Positions 21,301-31,294 of a stretch of DNA of 64,000 nucleotides are shown piece by piece; position 1 is the first letter of the stretch, and each line of letters starts with the position of its first letter. Source of the DNA: Hyphomonadaceae bacterium UBA1849. GTDB lineage: Bacteria > Pseudomonadota > Alphaproteobacteria > Caulobacterales > Hyphomonadaceae. The notes below the pieces were generated by a model. It saw nothing but the letters and a program-made list of their open reading frames with translations, was not told where the DNA came from and searched no databases. The stretch lies in contig DDIN01000006.1 in assembly GCA_002338565.1 (NCBI GenBank), positions 110,047 to 174,046 of the forward strand, given 5' to 3'. The position numbers were made by a program, and so were the translations under genes.

Positions 21301-21697
21301 GGTGACCGTCACCGGCGATCTTGGTTCGAGACAACTGCTCTGCAACGGTATCGTTATACCTCTGTCAAAAATCCCGGGCAGCGACACCATGATTAGCGGC
21401 GTTCGTTTCCGGACCTGGCTACCAGCGTCTTGCCTACACCCAACAATTCAGCCTCACGGTCCACTAACGTTCGACCTGTACGACAGCCGGATTGGACGCT
21501 CCATCGGTGGATGTACTTACTTCCCAACACATCCGGGCGGACGTAACTTCGATACACGACCGATCAATGCTCTTGAGGCAGAGGGCCGGCGAATCGCGTC
21601 ATTCACGGAAACCGGCCATACAGCGGGGCAATTCACGCCTCGCTATATCCAGACGGATCCGCGTTTCTCCTCTACGCTCGACCTTCGCTGGTCGTAA
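18365..21697 (+). CDS. Transglutaminase-family protein fused to DUF2126 (putative COOH-NH2 amidoligase)
   Basis: N-terminal HRTSYSYDKPV...IRLRP, catalytic Cys in GSCRD, His/Asp in DLHAWVE...GWIGLDPT; then GGEPTF, PDPGVIEVN, GGGAH, GLVEFRAFEMPP. Confidence 0.92.
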   Translation: MTIRIGLTHRTSYSYDKPVKMGPQTIRLRPAPHCRTPIVSYSQTILPEDHFINWQQDPFGNYLARIVIPEKTTQFSVEIDLVADMIAINPFDFFLEDSASHTPFTYDDETKKQLQPYLETDTTGPEFEKFLVQAKKIWGSKQGEATSTVDTLVALNQLVEAKIDYTIRMEPGVQTPEETLALAKGSCRDSSWLLVNICRRLGLAARFVSGYLVQLTADIASVKGPSGPEVDFTDLHAWVEIYIPGAGWIGLDPTSGLFAGEGHIPLAATPVPSSAAPISGGLEPCEVEFDFEMKVQRLIDPPRHSKPLSPAQSDKINEAGRAIDKILTDNDVRLTMGGEPTFVSETNRDAPEWTTDAVGPEKRTYADQLIRRLKKKYAPNGLLTHGQGKWYPGEPLPRWAFTVYWRNDGEPLWRNPDLIQKEEEPASFTSEDAAVLAQTIATRLDLAPECAQPIYEDPAEIVLGESNLPINLDPEDPKLKKSEERRTLARAFEQGLGKPKGFVIPLQTQQARNKQGRMFEWMTEIWESRRGKLFLVPGDSPAGFRLPLKSLPELDASLYPGLIPLDPFAIEGEIAAPQNLPPRLQNKTSGDAGKRVVPEYIPEREFVQTGVRTAMSVEHRDGHLCIFMPPVVSTEAFLDLIYAVEEAASQTGLPVRIEGYPPPRDPRISEIKVTPDPGVIEVNVQPTSTWDELSDLTRTLYEDARQCGLDSSTFLVNGRPTGSGGGAHIVMGGASPDDSPFLRRPDLLASIIRYWQNHPALSYFFAGTFIGPTSQAPRIDEARHDQLYEMELALKQLPPSTEQAPPWLVDRVLRHLLVDTTGNTHRSEICIDKLYSPDGPTGRLGLVEFRAFEMPPHAEMNLAQQLLLRALIAWFWTTSYTAPLKPLGTALNDEFMLPAILRADLNNILREVSEGTGVQLDPSWFDAHMEFRFPKIGNVTYDGVDIELRHALEQWNVLGEEGAIGGTARFVDSSLERIQVTVTGDLGSRQLLCNGIVIPLSKIPGSDTMISGVRFRTWLPASCLHPTIQPHGPLTFDLYDSRIGRSIGGCTYFPTHPGGRNFDTRPINALEAEGRRIASFTETGHTAGQFTPRYIQTDPRFSSTLDLRWS

Positions 21698-21708
21698 GAG
21701 ATCACACA

Positions 21709-21748
21709 TCCGTTACCGCGTCGGATTTCCCTTATCTGACGCGACGGA
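21709..21748 (+). terminator. Stem-loop just after the transglutaminase gene
   Basis: TCCGT..CGCGTCGGAT-ttccctt-ATCTGACGCG-ACGGA imperfect inverted repeat; no U tract. Confidence 0.4.
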
Positions 21749-21836
21749 AACCCTAGCTTCACTCGTACAGTGATCTAGAACGTTCGATCACGCGTAGAAA
21801 TGCCAACAGGCACTCTGACTATTTGAAGGAAACACT

Positions 21837-22955
21837 GTGCGTTTGATGTCACCAATGCGCCTCGGCCTCATTGCGATTCCCGCCCTATTCCTCGTTGGAT
21901 GCTCCGATAACAATGCATCGACAGGACCCGCGATGGGTGGCGGGCGTGAAATGCCTGCAACAAGAATTCTGGCTGAACGGGTAGAGTTTCGTGCTGACCG
22001 CGAGCAAATCGAGTCCGTCGGGACAGCCCGGGCACGTCTCGCTGCAACCATATATCCACAAAGTTCCGGTGAAATCGTTTCAGTCAGCTTCACGTCTGGC
22101 CAGTACATCGAAGAAGGACAGGTCCTCGCGCGCCTGGACAACGCTGAAGAACGCCTTCGTGTCGCACAGGCCAATGTGACACTCCAGAATGCACAGCAAC
22201 TTCTCGCACGCTATGAACGTATCGATGTCGACGGTGCAATTTCGGAAAGCCAGATTGATAGTGCGCAGACAGCAGTTGAAGCAGCTACAATCGATCTGAG
22301 ACTGGCTGAGGAAACCTTGGCGGACCGCACAATACGCGCGCCATTTTCAGGCTATGTCGGACTCACAGACATCGATATCGGTGCGACTGTAAACCAGCAA
22401 ACAGAGATTACCCGCATAGATGACAGAACAGAACTGTTCGTAGACTTTGCACTGCCTGAACAGGTCTTCGGTCGCGTCAACGTAGGTGACACGCTGCCCA
22501 TGCGCCCATTCGCCGCTGCAGAACGCGACATCGAAGCTATTGTTGCTTTCGTGGATAGCCGCATTGATGCCGATCGTCGCTCTTTCATGGTACGCGCGGT
22601 AGTAGACAACAGCGCTGACGATCTTCGTCCCGGTATGAGTTTCCGTGTAGAATTCTCGCTACCCGGAAATGATTACCCGGCCGTTCCGGAGGCATCTATC
22701 GTCTGGGGCGGCGATGGCGCTTATCTCTGGAAAGTCGTGAACAATCAGGCACAGCGTGTTCCCGTGACGATCGTGTCTCGCGACAACGGCTATGCGCTTG
22801 TCCGCGCTGAACTCAGTGAGAACGACATGATCATCACAGAGGGCGTCCAGAAAGTGCGCCAAGGGTCATCAGTCTCGGTTGTACAGCCTACAGCCAACAA
22901 CGCTATTCCCGTTGCTGAAATCCGTCGATCAATCACGGGCGCAGCAGTACAATGA
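21837..22955 (+). CDS. RND efflux periplasmic adaptor (MFP), lipoprotein
   Basis: GTG start after GAAGGA, lipobox LVGC, lipoyl-like SGQYIEEGQVLARLD, IRAPFSGYVG, LRPGMSF. Confidence 0.92.
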   Translation: MRLMSPMRLGLIAIPALFLVGCSDNNASTGPAMGGGREMPATRILAERVEFRADREQIESVGTARARLAATIYPQSSGEIVSVSFTSGQYIEEGQVLARLDNAEERLRVAQANVTLQNAQQLLARYERIDVDGAISESQIDSAQTAVEAATIDLRLAEETLADRTIRAPFSGYVGLTDIDIGATVNQQTEITRIDDRTELFVDFALPEQVFGRVNVGDTLPMRPFAAAERDIEAIVAFVDSRIDADRRSFMVRAVVDNSADDLRPGMSFRVEFSLPGNDYPAVPEASIVWGGDGAYLWKVVNNQAQRVPVTIVSRDNGYALVRAELSENDMIITEGVQKVRQGSSVSVVQPTANNAIPVAEIRRSITGAAVQ

Positions 22956-25900
22956 TTGGCGCGCCTAAATCCGGTCTCCCAGAACTCGCGGTCAAACGTC
23001 CGCTACTCATTACCGTATTTAACCTACTGATCGTACTGGCGAGCGTTGCGGCTCTATTTGGCGTAGAAGTCCGCGAACTGCCGGACGTTGACCGTCCAAT
23101 CGTTTCAGTTACGGCAAGCCTTCCTGGCGGCGCACCAGAAACAATGGACGCCGACGTCACCAGCGTACTTGAGGGCGCTGTCGCAACCGTTTCTGGCGTC
23201 AAAGAGATAAACGCCTCCAGTGAAGAAAACTCGGCCCGCATCCGGATTGAATTCAATCCGGGGGTGGATCTCAACTCTGCAGCTTCCGAAGTACGCGAAG
23301 CAGTGAGCCGAGTACAGCGCCGCTTGCCTGACGGTGTGGAAAATGTCTTCGTGACGAAAGCAGACAACGACGCGCGCCCAATGATGCAGCTTGCTGTCGT
23401 GTCACAGGAATATCCCGAAGACGAGCTTACTCGAATTATTGAAACAGACATTATGCCGGCGCTCCAGGCTATTGATGGCGTGGCGACACTCAATGAATTT
23501 GGCACGCGAGAGCGCCAGATGCGTGTCGTGGTCGACCCTCAGCGCATGAACCGCTTTGGCCTTACAGTAAGCGATGTCGCAACGGCGCTAAGACTGGCAC
23601 CTTTCGACGTGCCTGCCGGCAGCTTCCAATCGACAGATCAGGCGCTGATCGTTCGCGCAGAAGCAACGGCGTCCACACCCGAACGTATCAAGGAAGTCAT
23701 CATACGCGATGATATCCAGATCGGAGACGTCGCGGAGGTGACACTTGCACCGGCCAATGCAAACAACCTGCTTCGTCTCAATGGCGAGCCAATCATCGGC
23801 CTCGGTGTCGTACGTCAGGCCCAATCCAACACAATTCAGATTTCCGACTCCGTCCGAGAAGCGGTCGAACGCCTGAACAACCGGATTGAAGGTGTCACGA
23901 TCAGCGTCACATCCGACGATGCCGTGTTCATTCGAAAATCCGTTCAGGAAGTTCTGATCTCTCTTCTGATCACAGTCGCAATCGTAATCGCCACGATCTG
24001 GGTGTTCCTAGGGTCATGGAAAGCGACGATCATTCCAACTGTCGCGATTCCGATTGCGCTTGTTGGCACGCTGACCGGCATTTGGTTGATGGGTTTCTCG
24101 ATCAACCTCCTCACCCTGCTTGCTCTGGTTTTGGCAACCGGCCTGATTGTAGACGATGCGATTGTCGTCCTAGAAAACATTCAGCGACAGCAATCTCAGG
24201 GCGTTCCAAAGCGCGCCGCAGCCGCAATAGGCACGCGTCAGGTTTTCTTTGCCGTTATTGCGACCACCGCGGTTCTTGTGGCGGTATTCGTGCCACTTTC
24301 ATTCTTACCGTCCACCGTCGGCCGATTGTTCCGTGAGTTCGGTTTTGTTCTGGCCTTCTCGGTGATTATTTCTTCGTTCGTCGCGCTCACGCTATCACCC
24401 GCAATTGCCGCGAAATTCACGCTAGTGGAAAAGTCCGATAAACCGAACTTTTTCGCACGCATCGGTGATCCGCTTCGTGACCTCTACAGTCGCATGCTCA
24501 AACTCTGCCTGGCCTTCCCTCTCGTTACATTTTTTGTCAGCCTCGCAGCCGCCGGTGGCGCTTACTTCGCATATCAGAACATATCATCACAGCTCGTCCC
24601 GAGCGAAGATCGCGGACGCATTGAAATCTTCGCATCCGGCCCTGACGGCGTAGGACTCAACTTCATGGAACGCCAGGCCGACGAAGTCGAAGCGATCCTC
24701 CAACCATATTTGGACTCAGGTGAAATCCGCTCGATCTTCACAGTTGTTGGTCGCTGGGACCCTAACCGCGTGGGCGTGACCGCCGAACTCGCTCCATGGG
24801 AAGAGCGTTCGCGTTCTCAGGAAGAAATTGTCGCAGAACTTCGCCGCCCGCTTTCACAGGTTCCGGGTATTCGTGCCAGCGCCTTCGGACCTAGCAGCCT
24901 GAGCTTTGGCCGTGGCGGACGAAGCTCTGGCCTCGAAGTCGCACTCACAGGTCCCGATTACCAGTCAATCTATCTTGCGGCGCGCCAGCTCGCTGACACA
25001 GTCGAGACAGAATCGACCATCCTCTCAAACGCCGAGATTTCTTATCAGCCAACACAACCACAACTATCCATTCAGGTGGATCGCCGGCGCGCGGCAGATC
25101 TCGGCGTGTCACTCGACCAGCTCTCATTGACGCTCCGCGCAATGGTTGGCGGTGAAGACATTACCGACCTCAATGTTCAGGATCAGGCTATCCCAATCAT
25201 GTTGGAAGCAGAAACAAACGCCATTGAGACGCCAACTGATCTTAGTAATCTGTTTGTGCGCTCTAATAGCGGCGAGCTGGTTTCACTTTCAAGCCTGACA
25301 ACACTCGTCGAAGAAGGCGTCGCCGCCGAGCTGGACCGTGTCGAGCAGCGCCGCGCGATTGAAGTTCAGACGGATATTGCCTCTGGGGTTCCACTTGCTG
25401 ATGCGATTGAGGAAATGCAGCGACTAGCGGCGGACACATTACCTGAAGGCATCTCTATGATCTTCCGTGGTGAAGCCGAAACCCTGGGCGAGTCCAACCG
25501 CGATCTTTTGATCACCTACGGGTTTGCCCTTTTGATCGTCTTCCTTGTGCTGGTCGCCCAGTTCGAGAGCCTGTCCAGCCCCCTCATCATCATTATCACT
25601 GTACCATTTGCGCTCGCTGCCGCGATCTATGCTCTTTTCCTGTCCGGCGTGTCTTTGAATATCTATTCCCAGATCGGGCTCGTTCTTCTGATCGGATTGA
25701 TGGCAAAAAATGGCGTCCTGTTGGTAGAGTTTGCAAACCAGCTGCGAGCTGAAGGACTGGCGCTCAAAGACGCGGTCTATGAGGCTGCAACGGTGCGCGT
25801 ACGGCCAATCGTAATGACAGTCATCTCAACAGCATTCGGAGCGATTCCCCTTCTCCTCTCAAGCGGAGCGGGCGCAGAGGCGCGGAATGCAATTGGCTGG

Positions 25901-26077
25901 GTTATCTTTGGCGGACTTGGTCTGGCGTCGGTCTTCACACTATTCCTGACTCCAGTTCTGTATCTCTCAATCGCGCGTTTCAGCTCTCCTAAAACGCAGA
26001 CTGACGATGAGCTCGACAGCGATCTACAACGTTACAGCGAACAGGACGAGCAACCTCATGCGGGGCCCGCGGAGTAA
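22952..26077 (+). CDS. RND efflux permease (AcrB/HAE1 family)
   Basis: VRELPDVDRP, GLIVDDAIVVLEN, MAKNGVLLVEF and RVRPIVMT proton-relay motifs; about 12 TM; ATGA overlap with the MFP gene. Confidence 0.96.
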   Translation: MIGAPKSGLPELAVKRPLLITVFNLLIVLASVAALFGVEVRELPDVDRPIVSVTASLPGGAPETMDADVTSVLEGAVATVSGVKEINASSEENSARIRIEFNPGVDLNSAASEVREAVSRVQRRLPDGVENVFVTKADNDARPMMQLAVVSQEYPEDELTRIIETDIMPALQAIDGVATLNEFGTRERQMRVVVDPQRMNRFGLTVSDVATALRLAPFDVPAGSFQSTDQALIVRAEATASTPERIKEVIIRDDIQIGDVAEVTLAPANANNLLRLNGEPIIGLGVVRQAQSNTIQISDSVREAVERLNNRIEGVTISVTSDDAVFIRKSVQEVLISLLITVAIVIATIWVFLGSWKATIIPTVAIPIALVGTLTGIWLMGFSINLLTLLALVLATGLIVDDAIVVLENIQRQQSQGVPKRAAAAIGTRQVFFAVIATTAVLVAVFVPLSFLPSTVGRLFREFGFVLAFSVIISSFVALTLSPAIAAKFTLVEKSDKPNFFARIGDPLRDLYSRMLKLCLAFPLVTFFVSLAAAGGAYFAYQNISSQLVPSEDRGRIEIFASGPDGVGLNFMERQADEVEAILQPYLDSGEIRSIFTVVGRWDPNRVGVTAELAPWEERSRSQEEIVAELRRPLSQVPGIRASAFGPSSLSFGRGGRSSGLEVALTGPDYQSIYLAARQLADTVETESTILSNAEISYQPTQPQLSIQVDRRRAADLGVSLDQLSLTLRAMVGGEDITDLNVQDQAIPIMLEAETNAIETPTDLSNLFVRSNSGELVSLSSLTTLVEEGVAAELDRVEQRRAIEVQTDIASGVPLADAIEEMQRLAADTLPEGISMIFRGEAETLGESNRDLLITYGFALLIVFLVLVAQFESLSSPLIIIITVPFALAAAIYALFLSGVSLNIYSQIGLVLLIGLMAKNGVLLVEFANQLRAEGLALKDAVYEAATVRVRPIVMTVISTAFGAIPLLLSSGAGAEARNAIGWVIFGGLGLASVFTLFLTPVLYLSIARFSSPKTQTDDELDSDLQRYSEQDEQPHAGPAE

Positions 26078-27477
26078 TGACATCAATTCGAATTTTAGCA
26101 ATCGGCGCCACTGCGTTCTGCGCAGCCTGTGCCACGAACACCGTAGAGCCAACATTAGATCAAACCCTTCCGGAAAGTTACGTCACAAACCTTCCGGCAG
26201 ATGAAACAACTCTCTCCTATGCTGACTGGTGGCTTGGGTTCAATGATCCAGTTCTGACTGAGCTGGTAGACCGTGCTCAGGCAAATAACATCAGCGTCGC
26301 CCAGGCGCTTTTACAGACGGATATCGCGCAGCTTCAGCGAGATGCATCTCAATCAGATTTGCTTCCTACGCTAGACGCGTTCGTAAACAACCAGCTGAGT
26401 GGCGTCATCACTAGCGGCTTAGATGGAAATTTCACTGGCTCGACCGGCATTGGCGGCACTTTCGATCCTGACCTGAATGGACGAACTGCTGCTCGCAGCG
26501 CCTCGGTTCAAGCGGCTTTGGAAGCAAGCGCTTTGAACGCAAATGATGTCCGTCGTTTGGTCACCCGCGCAATTGCGCTCCAGTATATCGAGTTTCGCCG
26601 TGCCAGCGCCCGATTGGCTTTGCTTGAATCCACATTGGAACTTCAGGCGCGAACGCTTCAGATCGTGGAGTCCCGCTATCGCGCCGGCTTGTCGCCAAAA
26701 CTCGACGTAGACCGCACCCAGGCAGATTACGAGCGCACAGCTGCCCAGCGTAGCCAGATCATTGCAGCACGCAGGCAGGCGGAATTTGAAATCCAGCGCC
26801 TGATGGGCGAGCCGTCCGCTCTGGACCAGATTACAAACCCAGACAGAGAGACGATTCCTCAAATCCAGTTTGTCTCTGATATCGGTATTCCTGCTGATCT
26901 GGTGAGACGTCGCCCGGACGTTCGTGCCGCGGAAGCTGACTATCGCTCCGCCTTGGCCTTGATTGATGCTGAACGCGCAGACCTTTTGCCGTCCATTCGG
27001 ATACCCGGTCAAATTCAGGCAGGTTTTGGTGACGTTTCAGGTCGCTCTGACGAGATCGGTTATAGTCTGTCCGCACTCGTAGACATTCCTGTATTCGATT
27101 TTGGACGCCGTCAGGCAGAAGTCGACATACAGATCGCGCGCACGGAACTTGCAGCTCTCACCTACAGAGCGACATTATTGGACGCGCTTCAGGAAGTTGA
27201 GATTGCGCTGGTAAGCATTGAGGCCATTCAGGAAACACTTGAAGGACAGCTTCGCGCAGTGGAAGCCAGTCAGGCAGCATATGACCAGCTTGACGCGCTG
27301 TACCGCGAGGGTCTTGCTAGCTTTATCGATGTTCTGGATTCCCAACGTACATTGATTTCCAGCCGTGAAACCATTGTTCAGACAGAAGCTAACCTAGCTG
27401 CTGCAACTGTTTCTTTGCTCGCCGCGCTCGATGCAGGCTGTGAAGAGACAGGCATAGTAGCTTGCGAAGGCGAATAA
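26077..27477 (+). CDS. RND outer-membrane channel (TolC/NodT family) lipoprotein
   Basis: Lipobox ..AAC, WWLGFNDPVLTELV, DLVRRRPDVRAAE, LYREGLASFIDVLD. Confidence 0.93.
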   Translation: MTSIRILAIGATAFCAACATNTVEPTLDQTLPESYVTNLPADETTLSYADWWLGFNDPVLTELVDRAQANNISVAQALLQTDIAQLQRDASQSDLLPTLDAFVNNQLSGVITSGLDGNFTGSTGIGGTFDPDLNGRTAARSASVQAALEASALNANDVRRLVTRAIALQYIEFRRASARLALLESTLELQARTLQIVESRYRAGLSPKLDVDRTQADYERTAAQRSQIIAARRQAEFEIQRLMGEPSALDQITNPDRETIPQIQFVSDIGIPADLVRRRPDVRAAEADYRSALALIDAERADLLPSIRIPGQIQAGFGDVSGRSDEIGYSLSALVDIPVFDFGRRQAEVDIQIARTELAALTYRATLLDALQEVEIALVSIEAIQETLEGQLRAVEASQAAYDQLDALYREGLASFIDVLDSQRTLISSRETIVQTEANLAAATVSLLAALDAGCEETGIVACEGE

Positions 27478-27502
27478 TTCGCCTCCGCAAACTGGCCTTA
27501 GA

Positions 27503-29263
27503 TTACAGGAAGCGCTCTTTGAGCTCACCCTTCAGGATTTTACCGTTCGCATTACGTGGCAGAGGTTCTCGTTCGAACTCCACTCGTTTTGGGACTTTGA
27601 ACGCAGCGAGTTTACCCGCAACAAAGTGGCGTATTTCCTGCTCGCTTACGTCCATGCCGGGTTTCAGCTGCACCACAGCACCGACCTCTTCACCAAGCAC
27701 TTTATCCGGAATACCCACCACGGCAGCATCCATAACAGCCGGGTGTTCGTAGAGCGTGTTCTCAACTTCGATACAGTAAATGTTCTCGCCACCACGGATA
27801 AGCATATCCTTGGCGCGGTCGACCAGATAGAGGAAACCCTCTTCATCCATACGCGCCAGATCACCCGTGACGACCCATCCATCAATGAACGTTTCCGCGG
27901 TTGCGTCAGGCCGGTTCCAATAGAGTTTGGCATTTGACGGACCGAAGCACCAAAGCTCGCCAACCTCGCCGCGCGGTACTTCTTTACCGTCAGCGCCAAC
28001 AATTTTGAGGGACATTGCGAAGCCCGGAAGACCGGCACTTTGCGGACGCATAATATAGTCTTCTGCAAGATTCAGCGTCGCAGTTGCGCAGGTCTCAGTC
28101 ATGCCCCAACCATTCGCCGCATGCGCATCTTTGAAGGTGCGTTTAATCGTTGCGACAAGTTCAGGCGCAGACGGCGCGCCGCCATATGAAACGCCTTCCA
28201 CTGACGATAGGTCATACTTTTCACGATCCGGATGTTCCAGCACCTGCCATGCGATCGCTGGAACGCCGCCAAATGTCGTGATCTTTTCCCGCTCAATGAT
28301 AGGAAGCGCTTCACCGGCGTCCCATTTGTACATGGAGACGATCTTCTGTCCGTTGTGCATTGTCGGTGCTAGCACAGCAAAAGCACCAGTCGCGTGGAAG
28401 AACGGTATTGCGAGAAGCGTCGCCTTTTGAGGCTCGTCGGGCCCGTTGACCGGGATCTCGTCACCGCGTCGAAGCAGTGCGCGCGCCTGATTACCCATCG
28501 AATTGAACATGTTGGAAACGATTGCGCGGTGTGTAGCCAGAATGCCTTTTGGACGACCTGTAGTTCCTGACGAATACATGATCGTTGCGTCGTCATCCGG
28601 CAAAAGCTCAACCTCTGGAAGCCCGATAACCGGAAGCTTCGCCCAGTTGCCTACATTGCCAATAACTTCTTCAAGTGCCGTGACACTCGGGTCGGCATAA
28701 TCGTCCTGATCTGCACGTGCTACGATCACCCGCTCAAGAGTTGGTACATTTGCCCAATGCTCCTGAATACGCTCAATAATCTGAGGATCGACAATAGCGA
28801 CGCGCGCGCCGCTGTTGTCGAGACCGTATTCGAGCTCTTCACCCTTCCACCATGAATTCAGAGGCGTAGCGATAAGCCCACTAACGAGACAGGCCCAGAA
28901 AGCGACCGGCCATTGCGGATAGTTACGCATACAGATCGCGACGCGATCGCCTTTCTTCAGACCGAAATCGTTGAGCAATGCCTTTGCCAGATGTTCCACA
29001 GCCCGGGCATTTGCCTCGAAGGTTACGCGTTCGTCTTCGAACACGACCATATCGCGCGGTCCCCAAGTCGCACGACCATACTCAAAAAGAGCCCGCATAG
29101 TAGGATAAGCGTTCTTGTACACAGGCATACGAACGCCATTGACGGATTGCATCTCCATCTCAAACGGCAGGCCTGGTGATGTAAGAACTTTGCTTGCGTC
29201 CTCAATGGACACAACGGGCCAGCCTTCTGGTAAGGCGGCTACTGGTTGACCGGACAATGACAT
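27503..29263 (-). CDS. Class I adenylate-forming enzyme (long-chain acyl-CoA ligase-like)
   Basis: YSSGTTGRPKG, GWGMTET, TGDL, DRAKDMLIRGGENIY, PRNANGKILK. Start uncertain (ATG 29263 versus TTG 29290). Confidence 0.93.
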   Translation of the reverse strand: MSLSGQPVAALPEGWPVVSIEDASKVLTSPGLPFEMEMQSVNGVRMPVYKNAYPTMRALFEYGRATWGPRDMVVFEDERVTFEANARAVEHLAKALLNDFGLKKGDRVAICMRNYPQWPVAFWACLVSGLIATPLNSWWKGEELEYGLDNSGARVAIVDPQIIERIQEHWANVPTLERVIVARADQDDYADPSVTALEEVIGNVGNWAKLPVIGLPEVELLPDDDATIMYSSGTTGRPKGILATHRAIVSNMFNSMGNQARALLRRGDEIPVNGPDEPQKATLLAIPFFHATGAFAVLAPTMHNGQKIVSMYKWDAGEALPIIEREKITTFGGVPAIAWQVLEHPDREKYDLSSVEGVSYGGAPSAPELVATIKRTFKDAHAANGWGMTETCATATLNLAEDYIMRPQSAGLPGFAMSLKIVGADGKEVPRGEVGELWCFGPSNAKLYWNRPDATAETFIDGWVVTGDLARMDEEGFLYLVDRAKDMLIRGGENIYCIEVENTLYEHPAVMDAAVVGIPDKVLGEEVGAVVQLKPGMDVSEQEIRHFVAGKLAAFKVPKRVEFEREPLPRNANGKILKGELKERFL

Positions 29264-29344
29264 CTCCCTCAGACGATTTTTATATTTCAATCTGAGTGCC
29301 GGTCATCACCATTAAAATCAAGGGGTGCCGTAAGGTGAAGGCGG

Positions 29345-31261
29345 CTAGACTGCCGCCTTGTTGAGCTCCGCTACACTTCCCCGGCCGAGAGCAGAAATGG
29401 CTTTCTCGGCGATATGTCGAGCACTGAGGCCTGCAAGTTCGTACATAGCCTCAGGCTTGTCCTGATCAATAAAGATATCAGGCAGCGTCATAGTGCGTAC
29501 TTTGAGCCCCTGATCGAGATGACCTGCATCCGCGAGATAGTGCATTACGAATGCGCCAAAACCGCCAACAGAGCCTTCTTCCACCGTGATAAGGACCTCA
29601 TGATGGCGCACCAGCTGGTCGATCAGAGCATGATCCAAAGGCTTTGCAAAACGCGCATCTGCCACAGTTGCAGTCAGGCCCTGTGCATTCAGCAAATCAG
29701 CTGCCTTGAGGCATTCAGCAAGGCGGGCACCCAGTGAGAGGATGGCGACCGAACTGCCTTCGCGAACAATACGGCCTTTGCCGATCTCCAAAGGCTTAAG
29801 GAGATCGCCGGTCGGAATTTCGACGCCTACGCCCTCTCCTCTTGGGTAACGGAACGCAGACGGAGAGTCGTCGATCATAGAGGAGGTCAGAACCATACGT
29901 GCAAGCTCAGCTTCATCGGCTGCAGCCATAACCACCATATGCGGCAAATGCCCCATAAAGCTGATATCGAAGCTGCCCGCGTGTGTTGGACCGTCCGCGC
30001 CGACAAGACCAGCACGGTCGATTGCAAACCGTACAGGTAGCCTCTGAATAGCTACGTCATGTACCACTTGATCATAGGCACGCTGAAGGAAGGTAGAATA
30101 GATCGCGGAAAACGGCTTGAAACCATCTGCCGCCAGACCCGCTGCAAATGTTACCGCGTGTTGCTCCGCGATGCCTACATCGAATGTGCGTTCAGGGAAT
30201 GCGTCCGCAAAGAGCGAGATGCCCGTACCAGAAGGCATGGCAGCCGTGATGCCCACGATCTTATCATCGGTCTTTGCGAGTTCTGTCAGCGTCTGACCAA
30301 ATACTTTTGTGTAGCTCGGGGCAGCCGGTTTTGCTTTTGCCTGCTCGCCAGTTACGACATTGAATTTCGAGACGCCGTGGTACTTGTCGTCAGCATTTTC
30401 AGCTGGTTCATAGCCTTTACCTTTTTGCGTCACGGCGTGGATCAGAACAGGGCCATCGAAGCTGTCCCGAACGTTTTCGAGCACAGGGATCAGGACCTCA
30501 AGATCATGTCCATCGACCGGACCGATATAGTAGAAGCCAAGCTCTTCGAACATGGTGCCGCCCATCGCGAAACCGCGCGCGTACTCTTCCGCCTTACGAA
30601 CCGGCTTTTCGAGCCCCATAGGTTTTACGAGGTTTTTTGCGAGCTTTCGCAGCGAGCGATACGGCTTACCAGAAACCAGCTTGGACAAATAATGGCTCAT
30701 CGCACCGACCGGCGGCGCGATCGACATATCATTATCGTTCAGAATAACGATCAGCTTCTTGTTGAGCGCGCCAGCATTGTTCATTGCCTCATAGGCCATG
30801 CCAGCAGACATCGCGCCATCGCCAATCACACAGACTGTCTGGTCTTCGCGGCCATCAAGCGCGCTGGCAACAGAGAACCCCAGGCCAGCAGAAATAGACG
30901 TCGACGCGTGGGCTGCGCCGAACGGATCATAATCGCTTTCCGCGCGTTTGGTGAACCCCGACAGACCGCCACCCTGACGAAGCGTACGAATACGATCGCG
31001 GCGTCCTGTTAGAACTTTATGAGGATAGCACTGGTGCCCAACATCAAAGATCAGCTTGTCATTCGGCGTGCTGAAGACGTGGTGAATTGCCACCGTCAGC
31101 TCGACAACACCCAGACCAGCTCCCAAATGACCACCCGTCGTCGAAACGGCGTTTACGACCTCAGTACGTAGCTCGTCGCAGATCACCTTCAGCTCGTCGC
31201 GGGATTTGTCGCGGAGGTCTGAAGGCAGGTGAATTTCGTCCAGATACGGCGTGGCAGTCAT
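29345..31261 (-). CDS. dxs: 1-deoxy-D-xylulose-5-phosphate synthase
   Basis: [28 protein letters not shown]...[20 protein letters not shown]. Confidence 0.99.
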   Translation of the reverse strand: MTATPYLDEIHLPSDLRDKSRDELKVICDELRTEVVNAVSTTGGHLGAGLGVVELTVAIHHVFSTPNDKLIFDVGHQCYPHKVLTGRRDRIRTLRQGGGLSGFTKRAESDYDPFGAAHASTSISAGLGFSVASALDGREDQTVCVIGDGAMSAGMAYEAMNNAGALNKKLIVILNDNDMSIAPPVGAMSHYLSKLVSGKPYRSLRKLAKNLVKPMGLEKPVRKAEEYARGFAMGGTMFEELGFYYIGPVDGHDLEVLIPVLENVRDSFDGPVLIHAVTQKGKGYEPAENADDKYHGVSKFNVVTGEQAKAKPAAPSYTKVFGQTLTELAKTDDKIVGITAAMPSGTGISLFADAFPERTFDVGIAEQHAVTFAAGLAADGFKPFSAIYSTFLQRAYDQVVHDVAIQRLPVRFAIDRAGLVGADGPTHAGSFDISFMGHLPHMVVMAAADEAELARMVLTSSMIDDSPSAFRYPRGEGVGVEIPTGDLLKPLEIGKGRIVREGSSVAILSLGARLAECLKAADLLNAQGLTATVADARFAKPLDHALIDQLVRHHEVLITVEEGSVGGFGAFVMHYLADAGHLDQGLKVRTMTLPDIFIDQDKPEAMYELAGLSARHIAEKAISALGRGSVAELNKAAV

Positions 31262-31294
31262 TTCAGCAATTTCCGACTATAATCGTCTTATTAT

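Noticed and set aside
30059-31012. 317-aa plus-strand ORF antisense to dxs
   Set aside because: Antisense shadow with no motifs or RBS support.
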